This document shows, one piece after another, positions 12,040 to 24,685 of a stretch of DNA of 64,000 bases. Positions within the stretch are counted from its first letter, which is position 1; every line of letters begins with the position of its first letter. The notes beneath the pieces were generated by a model. That model was not told where the DNA came from, did not search any database, and saw only the letters and a list, made by a program, of their open reading frames with translations. The position numbers and the translations under genes were made by a program. The DNA lies in assembly GCF_963921235.1 (NCBI RefSeq), contig NC_086097.1, forward strand, positions 40,550,001 to 40,614,000, given 5' to 3'. The stretch is from Mobula hypostoma. Its lineage: Eukaryota.

Positions 12040-13289
12040 CACTCAGTTTCAGAGACAGCTTCTTCCGCTCCACCATCAGATTTCTGAATGGACAATGAAC
12101 CCATGAATATTCTGAATCCTGATTTTTTTTTTGCTCTTTTAGGCTCTCTTTTGCACTACTTCTTTAATTTAACTTTTTCCACATATATTTCTTATTGTAA
12201 TTTATTTTAAAAATTATTATTGTGTATTACAATGCAGTGGCTGCTGCAAAACAACAGATTTCACGACAATATGCTAGATCCTTAAATTGTAGTCCACTGT
12301 TCAGTAATGTGTTGTAATCAATTCATAAAGTGGAAAGGCGCTAATGCAACCAGCAGTTTCCGTGAAACCAGTCACGAGACCAGATTATTGAATCACCAAG
12401 TCTGATTTACACTGACTTGGATGGTAGGTTAGTTCCAGCCGCAAAGGGGAATAATTGTTTCTTTTCTGTTAGATGGTTCTCGCCAAAGCCTTGGAGTTTA
12501 GTCTGTTGCAACTACCAAAAATGCAGGGGCCTTTTCCGTTCTCCAGGTATCCTCCTTTCCGAGTAACTTCATGCATCTCTCCGCCTAAGGTACTGTGTAC
12601 TGCTGTTACTGAAGGCTTCCCGTGTGTGCGCAGCAGAAGGGTAAAACGATCGTCGTTACGGCTAGTATCCAAAGACACGCGTTCCACTCTCACCACCGCA
12701 ATTCCAGTCAGCTGGTCTTAATAATGATTATGAAATTTGTAGATTGTATGGAATCTCTTTTCGTTCAACAATGTCCGCGAGAGTGTGAAATCTACCTTTT
12801 TGTTCCTGTTTGACCAAGATTTGACTTCAGACCCTAACATTGCAGTTACTCTGAAACGGCTTTGCGAGCGAATCTGCTAGGGAACAGTGACTGATAGACA
12901 GTAAACGCCGGCACTCGCAATGATGCCTATCACGTGGAAGATGAATTTGAAGGCGCCAGCTAACCAGGGATCGTCTTTCTGTAATACAGACAGAGAACTT
13001 AAGGATCACAGTCGCCCAGCCTGCGTCCTCGGACAAGGGGGATGTTTCATTGGCCGAGTAGGTTTCAAACTTTGCAGATGGCCTTTCCGAATTAAAAAAA
13101 AATGTTGATAAGCAGGCCTGGTCTAATCCGCCAGCTTTGGATGGCTAGATGGTACCTTACCCTGTAATAAATGTTTGTGTACAACTTCGCAAGGCATTAA
13201 ATACAGATACATTTTTCATATAGTTCAAAAAGGCATTTGAGAACTTAAACAAACAAAGGCGACAATTGCAATCAGTGGGATGATGTGGT

Positions 13290-16143
13290 GTCAAATGTGG
13301 GCAAAATCGAAAGCATGATGAATACAGGACTAAAATTATTATATTTGAATGCACCCGTATACCAAATAAGCTCAATGCTCTTGTAAGGCCGTTCGAGATG
13401 GGCAGGTAGTAGTGGGCATCACTGAGACGTGGCTGAAAGAAGTTATTAGTTAGGAGTTTAACATCCAAGGATACACCTTGTATTGAAAGGAAAGGGAAGT
13501 AGGCAGAGAGGGTGGTGTGGCTCTGCTGGTAAAAAATCAAACCAAACCCCTAAGAAGTGACATAGGATTGGAAGATGTAGAATCCTTGTGTGTAGAGCTG
13601 AGAAACAGCAAGGCTAAAAAGGCACTGATGTGAGTTATAACTAGACCTCCGAACAGTAGCCAGGACGTGGGGTACAAATTACAATGGGAAATAGAAAAGG
13701 CATGTCAAAAGAGCAATGTTGTGCTAATCATGGGGGATTTCATTGTACAGGCAGACTGGGAAAATCAGATTGGTGCTGGATCCCAAGACAGGAAATATGT
13801 AGAATGCCTATGAGATGGCTTTTTTAGAGCAGCTTATGGTGATCCCAGTAGGGGAAAGGCAATTTTGGATGGGGTATTTTATAAGAAATCAGATTTAATT
13901 AGGGGGATTAAGGTAAAGGAACCCCTGAGAGGCAGTGATGATATTATGATAGAATTTGCCCTACATTTTGAGAGAAAGAAGATAAAGTAGATGTATCAGT
14001 AATACAGTGGAGTGAAGAGATTTACAGAGGCATGAGAGAGAAGCTGGCCAATCTTGGTTGGAAGGGGACACTAGCAGGAATGATGGCAGAGCAGCAGTGG
14101 TTGTTTATGAGATCAATTCTGAAAGTGCAGGGCAGATGAAGAAAGAAAGATTCAAAATGGAGGATGAGGCAACCATGGGTGATAAGGAAGATCAAAGGGT
14201 GACAAGGAAAAGCAAAAGGGAGGGCATTTAAAATTGCAAAAAAGTAATGATAATTTAGAGGATTGGGAAGCTTTAAAAAGCAACAGAAGGCAAATATTAA
14301 AAAAAGGAGAGAAAAAATGGAATAAGCTAGTAAAAAATATCAAAGAGTATACCCAAGTTTCTTTTTTAGATATATAAAGAGTCAAAGAGAGGTGAGAGTG
14401 AGTATTGGACCACTGGAAGATGACACTGGACTGGTAGCAATGGGGACACAGAAATGGCAAACAAACTTAATAAGTATTTTGCATCAGTCTTCATTGTGAA
14501 AGACACTAGCAGTATGTCAGAAATTCAAGAGTGTCAGGGACCAGAAGTGACTGTAGTTGTCATAAGGAGAAGGTGCTTGGGAAGCTGAAAGGTCTGAAGG
14601 TAATTAACTCACCTGGACAAGATGGATTACACACCAGAATTCAGAAAGAGGTAGCTGAAGAGATTGTGGAGACATTATTAATGATCTTTCAAGACTCACT
14701 AGATTCTGGAATGGTTTCAGAGACCTGGAAAATTGCAAATCTCATTCCACTCTTTAAGAAGAGTGAGTGGCAGAAGAAAGGAAATAATAGGCTTGACCTC
14801 AGTTGTTGGAAAGATGTTCGGAGTCCATTACCTAGGATGAGGTTTTGGGTACTTGGAGGTGCATGATAAAGTAGGTCTAAGTCAGCATGGTTATCTTAAG
14901 GGAAATCTTGTCTGACAAATCTGTTAGAATTCTTTGAAGAAATAATAGGCAGGACAAAGGAGTTGTTTACTTGGATTTTCAAAAGTCCTTTGACAAGTGT
15001 TGCATAGGAGACTTCTTAACAAGATAAGAGACCATGGTATTACAGGAAAAATACTAGCATGGATAGAAGATTAGCTGACTGGCAACAGGGAAAGAGTCAA
15101 AATAAAGGTAAAGGTTTATTTCTGGTTGATTGCTGGTGACAAGTGGTGTTCCATTGGGTTGGTATTGGGACTGCTTCATTTCATGTTATATGTCAATGAT
15201 TTAGATGTCAGAATTGAAGGCTTTGTGGCCAGGTTTGCAGAAAATACAAAGATAGGTGGAAGGGCAGGTAGTGTTGAGGTTGAAAAGAATCTGCAGAAGG
15301 ACTTGGACAGCCTGGGAGTGTGGAAATAGAAGTGGCAGATGGAATATAGTGTAGGGAAGTTTATGGTCATGCACTTTGGTTGAAGGAATAAACGTGCAGG
15401 TATGTTTTTAAATGTGGAGAAAATTCAAAAATCAGAGTCGCAAAAGGACTTAGGAGTCCTTGTGCAGGGTTCTCTAAAATTTGGCTTGCAGGTTGATTCA
15501 GTGGTAAGGAGGCAACTGTAATTTTAGCATTCATTTTGAGAGGACTAAAATATAACAGCCACAATGAGATGCTTGAGGTTTTATAAGGCATTGGTCAGAC
15601 GGCCCTTTGGAGTATTCTGAGCAGTTTTAGGCTCCTTATCTAAGAAAAGATTTGTTAGCATTGGAGAAGGTACAGAGGAGATTCACGAGAATGACTCTGG
15701 GAATGAAAGGGTTGACATATGAGTAGCGTTTGATGACTCTGGGCCCGTACTCGCTGGAATTGAGAAGAATGAAGTGGGATCTCACCGAATCCTATCGAAT
15801 CTTGAAGGGCCTAGATAGAATGGCTGCGGAGAGGATGCTTCCAGGTGGGTGAGACAGAAGACAGACTCCAAATAGAGGGATGGCCATTTAGAACAGAGAT
15901 GAGAGGGAATTTCTTTCGCCAGAGGATGGTGAATCAGTGGAATTCTTTGCCGTGGGCGGCTGTAGAGCCATTCATTATATTTAAAGCAGAGGTTGATGAG
16001 TTCTTGGTTAGTCGAGGCGTCAAAGGTGATGGGCAGCAAGCAAAAGAACAGAGATGAAAGGAATAATTATATCAGCCATATCGAATGGCGGAATAGAGTC
16101 GATGGGCCGAGTGGCCTGGTGCTTCTCCTTTGTCTTATGGTCT
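13290..16143 (+). mobile_element. CR1 LINE ORF2 (endonuclease + RT), heavily decayed
   Basis: GITETWL and IMGDF endonuclease motifs, LKVINSPGQDGLHTR, ARFAENTKIGG, RTEMRGNFFRQRMVNQWNSLP; tail TCTTATGGTCTT. Confidence 0.92.
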
Positions 16144-16675
16144 TTAGGAGAGGATATGAGTGGCAGATATTATTGTTGTGCGGTTGGTTGTGTGAATGGA
16201 CATTTAAAACTGCCCACTGAATTAACCCAACGTTCAGTTCGTTGGACAGGACAAGATGCTCAGTATAGAAGGGGACCGTAACCAGAGGTTGAGTCGGCAG
16301 TGTTTTCTGGAGGCTGGACTCATTTCCTGGCTCCGGATATTTCTGCGTGCGAATACTGCAAAGGAATTCTATCCTGGAATAAAACCACACGTTGATATCC
16401 GTTCTCTGTTATTTGTTTTTCATGAGTTACTTAGCCCATCCGTTTCCCCGCATACACTGAAGCCTCGCTCACCTTGGCTGCAGTGGGTTGCCTGTGCATA
16501 GTCAAATGCAAAATCTTTGGGCACAGAGCGATCCGTTGTTTGGGGCAAAATAAACCCCAGGAACCGATTTCGCAAAAGTTTGGTTCCGAACTCTTAAATT
16601 CAGGTTCGTGACAAGGACCCAGCTGATCAAACAATCATTTTTTTAAAACTGAAATATTTTAAACAAATTTCCAGC

Positions 16676-16880
16676 AAAAAAAAACTACGAGAGGAAATCG
16701 GCAGGCCAGGTAGCACCTGTGGGGGAAAATGGACAGTCGATGTTTTTGGTTGGGGCCCCTTATCAGGTTTGAGTCTTGATACGAAATATCAAGGGTCCAG
16801 TTCCATCAACAGAAGCCCCGATGGGTTCTTCAAGCAGTTTGTTTTTCTTTGCTACAGATTCCAACAATCTCTTGCGTCTC
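16676..16880. mobile_element. Degenerate palindromic Penelope-terminus element
   Basis: GCAGGCCAGGTAGCACCTGTG...CAGTCGATGTTTTTGGTTGGGGCCCCTTATCAGG resembles the rc of the hammerhead-bearing terminus, followed by a decayed forward arm. Confidence 0.55.
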
Positions 16881-17399
16881 CATTTAACAAATGTCTAGCC
16901 GCAATTGAAATAATTTAAGTAGTTAAGATGAAGATAGGTTTATATTTGAAAGACGGAGGTTTATGGTTATTTGACATAAAGAAGATGCCAAGGCCTGGGT
17001 AGATTGTCAGGATCATACTGAATGGTGGAACAGGCCTGAGGGGCCGAGTGGCCTACTCCTGCTCCGGTGGTTTTGCGAACTTTCCGCGTAAGCGCAAAAC
17101 CTGAAACGTCCCAAGCAGTAGCTTATTTGCGAGGAGATACAGAGGAGCCCTAGTCATCGAGAAGAAACTGACCTCATCTGAGAACACGAAACTTCGACTC
17201 ACCTCTTATAAAGAGAGGGGTCTCGAGGAGCCGCGCCCCTTTCTGATTACCTGCCCCAGGAAGTGTCTGCTTAATGCTGTGCCCTGGAGTTTTGCTAGAG
17301 GGCCTCTTATGGAACTTTGTCTAATACGAACAAGGGGCTTCTCTAAAACATGCATGCATAAAATCATTGCGATTCCGTGCGCAAAAAAAAAGTGTTGGT

Positions 17400-18730
17400 C
17401 CTAATATCATCTAATTTCCCTGTTTGCCCTCCTCAGAAAGCCCAGGGCGGGGAATAGAGTGTTTCAGCACTGCGAGCCGCGGCCCCGATCTCTGTGCCCG
17501 TGTGTGCGCGCGCGCTCGCTTGCGCCTTTTTATTCACACAGTAACCGTGCTCAAATGTAGAAATGCGAAAGGCGATGCAGCTGAAATGCGCGTTGAGTGG
17601 GATGGAGCACTCCTTTAATCTGCTTTCTTCGCCTCGCTGCTGACGAGCTTCAATCACGCAGCCCGTACGTCTCCGTCTGCGGGCGAGCTGCATGTTCACT
17701 ATCCGAGCACGTACTGAGCAACGTGATGATCGGGCTCCGCTAGCAGCCACTACAGCTGCTGACAATTCCGCCCGGACTCTGTCTGCCTCTGCCCCTCCAT
17801 CCAAACCCTACATCCACCCAGCCAGGCAGCCGTCTCGCCGAGCCGAGGTAGTGCGGGATCGGATCGGGTGCGGATGGGGATGCTGCTACTGTCGCTGTCT
17901 TCTCCGGCGCCCTTCTCGTTCTCTCTCCCTGCCGAGCTGACATGTTTCTACTCCGCCAGCCTTCGATACAGCAGTGAACCAGCCTCTCTCCACGTCCTGA
18001 ACTTCTCGTCTCAGTGATTTTTTTTCTCTTCCCCCTCTCCCGGGTCTGGGGAGTGGATGGGTATTGAGTTCCGAGCAGATTCAGCTGTGTGTCTCTGTAT
18101 GTGTGTATGTGTCCGTTTGTGCGTGCGTAGAGGAAACGGAGAGATTTCTCATTGAAAAAAAATGTTGCAGCTCGAATAATTCGTCGCTGTTGAAAAGGAA
18201 GCCGAGTTTTGCCGGGAGCTGGTGCCTTCCTCTTATCCGTTTTATCATTGGGTATGTTAGCGACTGCCGGAATGGGCCGGGAACTAAATGGATTCAGCTG
18301 AACTGCGATCGAACGTGTTTTCTTAATTGTTCTCCAGGGACCAAAGCGAGTTACTTTTAAACAACCGCCGTGGCTAGCAAAGCTCTCGCCTCTTACAGTG
18401 TAATAACAGCCTCCATCTCCATGGGTTGGCTGCAGGCTCCGACCCGGACAGTAACGGGCGCAGTCCCGCTTCTCTAACCCCGAAACACAGACACCTGTCT
18501 CTGACTTGATTTCTTCCAAAAAAAACACCATTATATTTCCTCGTAGTCGACCGCCCTCTGCCCAGTTGGGGACTGAGGGGATCATTGCCGCTGGTCCCCG
18601 GTTGCCGGGATTGCTGAACAGTGCGCCGAAGGCTGGATATGTTAACGTGAAGATGGATTGTGCTTATCTGCTCTCGTGGCTGCTTACAGTTGTACTAGAA
18701 GGCATTTCTGCCCAGGGGGTGTACGGTAAG
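17400..18730 (+). promoter_or_regulatory. MDGA2: CpG-rich promoter / 5' UTR region of MDGA2
   Basis: Visibly CpG-dense, repeat-free sequence directly upstream of the signal-peptide exon; GC box GGGCGGGG at 17445-17452. TSS cannot be determined from sequence. Confidence 0.7.
18653..18725 (+). CDS. MDGA2: First coding exon (signal peptide) of MAM domain-containing GPI anchor protein 2
   Basis: AAGATGG strong Kozak context. MDCAYLLSWLLTVVLEGISAQGVY matches my recollection of the vertebrate MDGA2 N-terminus (MDLLYGLVWLLTVLLEGISGQGVYA). Ends in phase 1 at canonical donor G|GTAAGT (intron starts 18726). Confidence 0.9.
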
Positions 18731-21700
18731 TTTGTGATGGAAACGATTCTCTTTTGGTGATCAGCGTGGAATTGTTCTTCGTGCTAACTCGGCGCATCTG
18801 TAAACGCTCCAAGGATTTCAACAATGTATTCTTAAAAAAAAATGAAATCCTCGTCCAAGTCTGAGCGAATGCAGTGAAAGTATTTTTTAAAAAAACATAG
18901 AATTCCAGTTGACGTTTTAATTTCCAGCAACTGTTTAGCGAGCTGTTCCATTGTGGTAAATGCATATGCGGATTTTCAATGAAAAAAATATTGCGAACGC
19001 GACGCTTAATTGTTGGAATGTTAACCGCAGTTGCAATAACGCGTGTTAAGGGCTTCCGGGGTTGCCTTCCCTCAAAAAGGGGCAGTTTCTCTCATCTGGG
19101 CATCAGCTCCCTGTTTAATTGGGTACACACTCGTACATTTAATATCATCTTTATTTTATTGATGTTTGAAGTATCCATGAGGTGGCTGCAGTTTGTTACA
19201 TGATGCCGAAATCCCTTCCTCAAGCACGACCTTAAACTTGCTTGCGTACATTTAGTTCTGAAGATCATTAATCACTGATCAAGCTCAAGCAATTCATTGA
19301 GCACACTGTGTACAACACTGGAAACCGGGATTGCTGTTTCAGATTTTACGTGCCAAGTTCCTAAAGAATTAGACTATTAACGATGGCTCCAAAATAGATC
19401 ACTACGTGAAAGCGATTTAATACACGCGAGCGATAATACCATAACGGTTTGAAATGAATGACGGTATGTGTGAAAATGAACGATTTTTAATTAAGAGCAT
19501 TTTCGGGCTGTAGCCAGAAGGGTCATTAGGGGAAACTAGTAGATGTAGTATACTTGATATCGTTCAAGCATTTTGACAAAGAAGCGCACGAGGTTACGCA
19601 GTTTAAGGCACATCGGATTGTGCGCAACAGAATGACCGGGGTGGAAATTTGGTGAAAAGGGAATTGCAATAACGGGCCAGTTTCAGTTTGTTAGTTAATA
19701 ATTAATGAATAATTATGCAGCCGTTTGGACCTGAAGTATTCACAAGCAGTAAAGATATCATGGATGACGAGACCCACCTGGTCCAACATTTCCAATGTAA
19801 AAGCTGGACTTAAGCTTTGAGGAGGTGAGGTTAAGTTTGTGGACAAGAACATTATGTATTGGTTATAATTGGAGATAATAAATTTTTCTCATTGTAGTTG
19901 GAAAATTTAATATTTAAATGATATTTGAAGAGGTCCTGGTGACCTAGTAATCAGATTACAAATTAGATGCAGATGCCAACTAGGAAAATAGAAGGAACGA
20001 ATGTCTTTATCGGAAGATAATTACAAGTGAACCCCCGCCTGTAGCGCTGAATACTTGTTGTATTGACAAGGCGAAATAAATACACCTGGGTTCAACAAAG
20101 GTTCACTGGGCTTGTGTTTGAGTTAAGAATAACACCGAATAAGTTTTGGTTTATAATCCAGATACGTCCTTTATTGACGTTCGGAACTAAATGACCGCTT
20201 TTTCTAAACAGAAAGTTGACTAGGAGAGATGGGGAGATTTCCTGGAATTCAGTCGCGAGAGCGAATGAATGTTAGGTCATATAATTCTTTTTTCAGGAAT
20301 GACGATGAAGTGGTGTAGGTATGATGTCACCATTTTATGAATGGGGGGGGCAGACGTCAAGGGCAGTACCCTTCCGCTCTCAGGCTTTTTAATTTTTTTT
20401 CCAAAACAAACAAGTTCCATCTCCACCCCACCAACAAAATACCCATCCTATGCTCCAACCTGTTGAGTTAACTGGAGAGACTGAAACAAATATTGGCAAG
20501 GACTTGAAACGATCATCTGAATTTCAGACAATCAATTGCTTTAAAAAGTTCGGAAAAGGAGGTTGTACAGACGGTTTTACAAATTCCATTACATCACTGT
20601 ACTATTAAAATCATTCTCAAAATGCGACGTCGTGTCGAGAATGTGTTCAGACTGCTAACGCAGAGTTGCTCGTTCGTCTTTCTCTCGCTCACTCATACAC
20701 ACTCACAGGCTAACCCTCTACTGAGTGATCTAATGGAAGCTTCATTGGGCACAATCTTGCATCCGGAGAGTATTAAAAACTGTTGTCTCCTTTTTTTAAA
20801 AAAAAATGAACAATCGCGCAGGGAGTCGTCACAGGTCTGACTGTGTAACCGGCATGTTACTATTATCTCGGCATCTGCAGTGAATAACCAGATTAGCGAT
20901 TGATAATTGGTCACAATATAGATGGTGGCGGAGGTCCCGTTGTAAAGGAATCAATGAGCTCGCTATTTCGAGCCGACTGAACTATAACTCTTTTTATTTC
21001 CTTCCTGGGCTGAATCCACTGAAGTCATAGTACCGCTTTCCTAAGGACGGCGCTGTAATCCAATGGCGGGGAACGTGGGTTGTTGATGTTATGGGGAGCG
21101 AGCATTCGTGAGTTGAGCAACGAGATGTCAGGTTATGTTAATGTCGCAAACGAAATTGACCTGTCGGTCTCTAATAATCAATCAATATTGAGGAGCCACA
21201 AGGAAACAACATTCCTTCCTTCACTAGCATGGGACTGTAAAATTTGGCTGCTGTTTTGAAACGCATTTTTATTTGACTGGTACAAATAAGAGCTGAAGAA
21301 AAATTCAAAAGAACTGTAACAGAAACAATCGTTTTAAGTTTTGCCTAATTGTCGGCCAATAGTTTCTGGCTGTCAGAGGTACCCCAGTGAGAAATGACAC
21401 CAGATATTTACAAAGTAGCTGAACATTTAGTTGTGTGTCTGTTTTTTGAAAGGTATATTATTTTTGGTACAGGTGGCAAAGCAACTGATTGGCATAAATT
21501 ATTCTCCCTCTGTTGAGATTTTACATATTTTGGAGGGGAGAGGCAAACACTGCAGAGGGTTGTCGTTTAAAGTACACTTGCATATTAACAGCATCATGGA
21601 AATGTGTTTTTCAGATAGTTGGCATGAATCTGGAAGTGACTGAGCACATCTGATCTTTAGAGGAATACAGGGTAAACACAGGCAAATGGGACTAGCTCCA

Positions 21701-23472
21701 GTAGACATATTGGACCAAATGGTCTGTTTCCATGTTGTACAACTCCATGAACCTAATCTTGGTTTGTATTTGGCTGGGAAATCACAAACAAGGAATACCA
21801 GGTATCACAGAATTTACTTGGTGAGGAATGGGGGCCACCAAGTCACTGTGCCCAACAGTCACCCAGGGTACTCATTAACCATGATGCAGCATTTAAGAAG
21901 CCTTAATGATTGCAGGCTGTGTTTGGCTTTTGAAGCCAAAACAAGAATGTGGGATGATCTAATTATTTATTACATTATGTTTCTGTCCTTAAAGTACAAT
22001 ACAAGTTAACTAACATATAACCTGAATTATTGCTCTGAGTATTTTTAATGTGCATCAGAGGAGACTTCATTTACTGGAAAACTGTCACTTGTGTATTAGG
22101 CAATTATAGTTTGCTTACAATCTCCTGAACGGCAGATAGTGGCAAGTGATAAACTGATTCATGTATTTGGCCTCTACATTCCAGACGGGCAAGGTCAGTA
22201 AGAGCAAAAGGCCTTTGAAATATAAGTTCACCTTAAGTGAGGAGGAGTTTGCTCCTGATGCCTGCACCGATTTTTCATGCATGGATATTTCTTCTCCCTA
22301 CAGTCTGAGCTATCATGTATCCAAAAAGCCAAAATGATTCCCTTTTCTCCATTTGTCTATATGCAATACGGCCTGAGGAGTTCTATGTAATTCTTTGAGT
22401 GGATGTAATTTCAAAGTCATATGCATGCACAAAGGATACATTACATTAAATTGAATACCACTGATGTCACCCACATGACATTCTATTTGCAAGTGAATGT
22501 GGTAGTCCAATGTCAAAGGATAAATGACAAATGTGGCATTTGCTTTGCAAGTTCAGACCATTAAAATGACAAACCTAAGGCTCCTCCAGAGTCGGGCAGT
22601 GGTTGGTGGAATTAATAGCTTGCAGAGTACAGTAGCTTATGGGTCAGCTTGTTTCTGCCTTCAGTACCTGCACATTGTAAAGTTTCAGCCCACCCTTTCT
22701 GATACACCTGGGCCCTGACTTTATACCAGGCATGGCTGGTGAAGGTAGCACAGTCTGTTAGCTTGACTGGAGTTACTGACCCTGCTCAGAAAAGTCATCA
22801 GGCTTTTCCCATACCCCTTTTTGATTTAAAGCTACTGTATTTTGAAAGCTCTTTAGATTAAGTAGTTGAAAATAATTGATATTGTTTCAATCTAACTGAC
22901 AATTTACAGCTGTTTTTTGAAATAGACTTTTGATTAAGTAGTAGAAAATAAATAATGCTGTTTCATTCGAATAGAGACATTTTTAATCATCCTTGAACTT
23001 AGAGATAATTGTAACGAGTTCAAAGCACATTGGGCTTTTGGCAGGGACTGGCGACCTGCTACACCTCATGTAGGACTGAGGCACAGGGCAAGTAGAAGTT
23101 TTTATGGTAACTTGAATTACCACATATTTCATGGAAGCATAGAATGAGGTTAATATTCCCACCTGGTTGATGTTTTTGCTTCACCTAAACCTCTTCCTAG
23201 AGCATTCCATTCATTTTTATTGTTTAACTGGCATAATTTTATTTTAAAAAAATCCCATGGAATCAAAATTTTCTTGTTGCTCATGCCTAATCTTTGGTTC
23301 TGCATATTGTTGCATTTAGCTGTTTACCTCTTTGCTCTTGACATGCTTCGTTAGCTGGAAGCCTTTTAAGGCTTCTGCTGTTGACAGGAAAATCTGAGCA
23401 TTTGTGGATTCTTAGCCAATTGAAGGACAGTTGTAATTGCATCAGTATCCAGGTCAATGACTGGCCCATCAT

Positions 23473-24685
23473 TAGACACTAGGATACTACAGCACAGTAC
23501 AGGCCCTTCAGCCTTTGATATTGTGCCAACCCATATATTCCTTTTTTTTTAATAAAAAGTACTAAACCCACACTACCTCGTAACCCTCTATTTTTCTTTC
23601 ATCCATGTGCCTGTCCAAGAGGCTCTTCAATACTCCTAATGTTTTGGCCTCCACCACCATCCCTGGCAAGTCATTCCAGGCACCCACAACCCTCTGTGTA
23701 TAAAAAAAAAACTTACCCCTGATGTCTCCCCTAAATTTCCCTCCCTTAACTTTGTACATATGCCCTCTGGTGTTTGCTATTCATGCCTTGGGAAACAGGT
23801 ACTGGCTATCCACCCTATCTATGCCTCTCATAATCTTGTAGACCTCTATCAAGTCCCCTCTCATCCTTCTATGCTCCAAAGAGAAAAGTCCCAGCTCTGC
23901 TAACCTTGCCTCATAAGACTTATTTTCCAATCCAGGCAACATCCTGGTAAATTTCCTCTGCACCCTCTCCATAGCTTCCACATCCTTCCTATAATAAGGT
24001 GACCAGAACGGAACACAATACTCTAAGTGTGGTTTCACCCAAGACTTGTGGAGTTGCAACATGACCTCTGTACTCTTGAACTCAATCCCCCTATTAATGA
24101 AGCCTAGCATCCCATAAGCCTTCTTAACTATCCTATCAACCTGTGCAGTGACCTTGAGGGATGTATGGATTTGAACCCCAAGGTCCCTCTGTTCACCCAC
24201 ACTCTTAAGTAACCGACCATTAACCCTGTACTCAGCCTTCTGGTTTGTCCTTCCAAAATGCATCATCTCACACTTATCCGGATTGAACTCCATCTGCCAC
24301 TTTTCTTCCCAACTCTGTATCCTGTCTATATCCTCTTGTAACCTTCGACAACCTACAGCTCCATCCACAACTCCTCCAGTCTTCATGTCATCTGCAAACT
24401 TACTCACCCATCATTCCACCTCTTCATCCAGGTCATTTATAAAAATCACAAAGAGCAGGGGTCCCAGGACAGATCCTTGCGGCACTCCACTAGTCACCGA
24501 CCTCCAGGCAGAATACTTTCCTTCCACTACTACCCTCTGCTTTCTTCCTGTAAGCCAATTTTTTACCAAACAGCCATGCCTCATGACTTTCTGAATGAGT
24601 CTCTTGTGGGGGACCTTGTCAAATGCCTTGCTAAAATCCATGTAGACCACATCTACTGCCCTACCCTCATCAGTTTCCTTTGTTA
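23473..24685 (-). mobile_element. CR1 LINE RT and 3' end
   Basis: [56 protein letters not shown] on the minus strand. Confidence 0.95.

Larger units (their letters stand above)
11675..12280 (+). mobile_element. Rex1/Babar LINE 3' fragment, split by a Penelope-derived insert
   Basis: HHPGHPLFSLLQSRRRYRILKTHT then DSFFRSTIRFLN (DUF1891-like C-terminus), followed by an AT-rich UTR. Confidence 0.8.

Noticed and set aside
17463..17483. Possible REST/RE1 site TTCAGCACTGCGAGCCGCGGC
   Set aside because: Only the left half matches; the GGACAG half is absent.
17740..18585. 281-aa antisense ORF over the MDGA2 5' region
   Set aside because: No recognisable domain; long ORFs are common by chance in GC-rich islands.
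18726..18760. Continuation of the 84-aa ORF (GKFVMETILFW)
   Set aside because: Read-through past the GTAAGT donor into intron 1.
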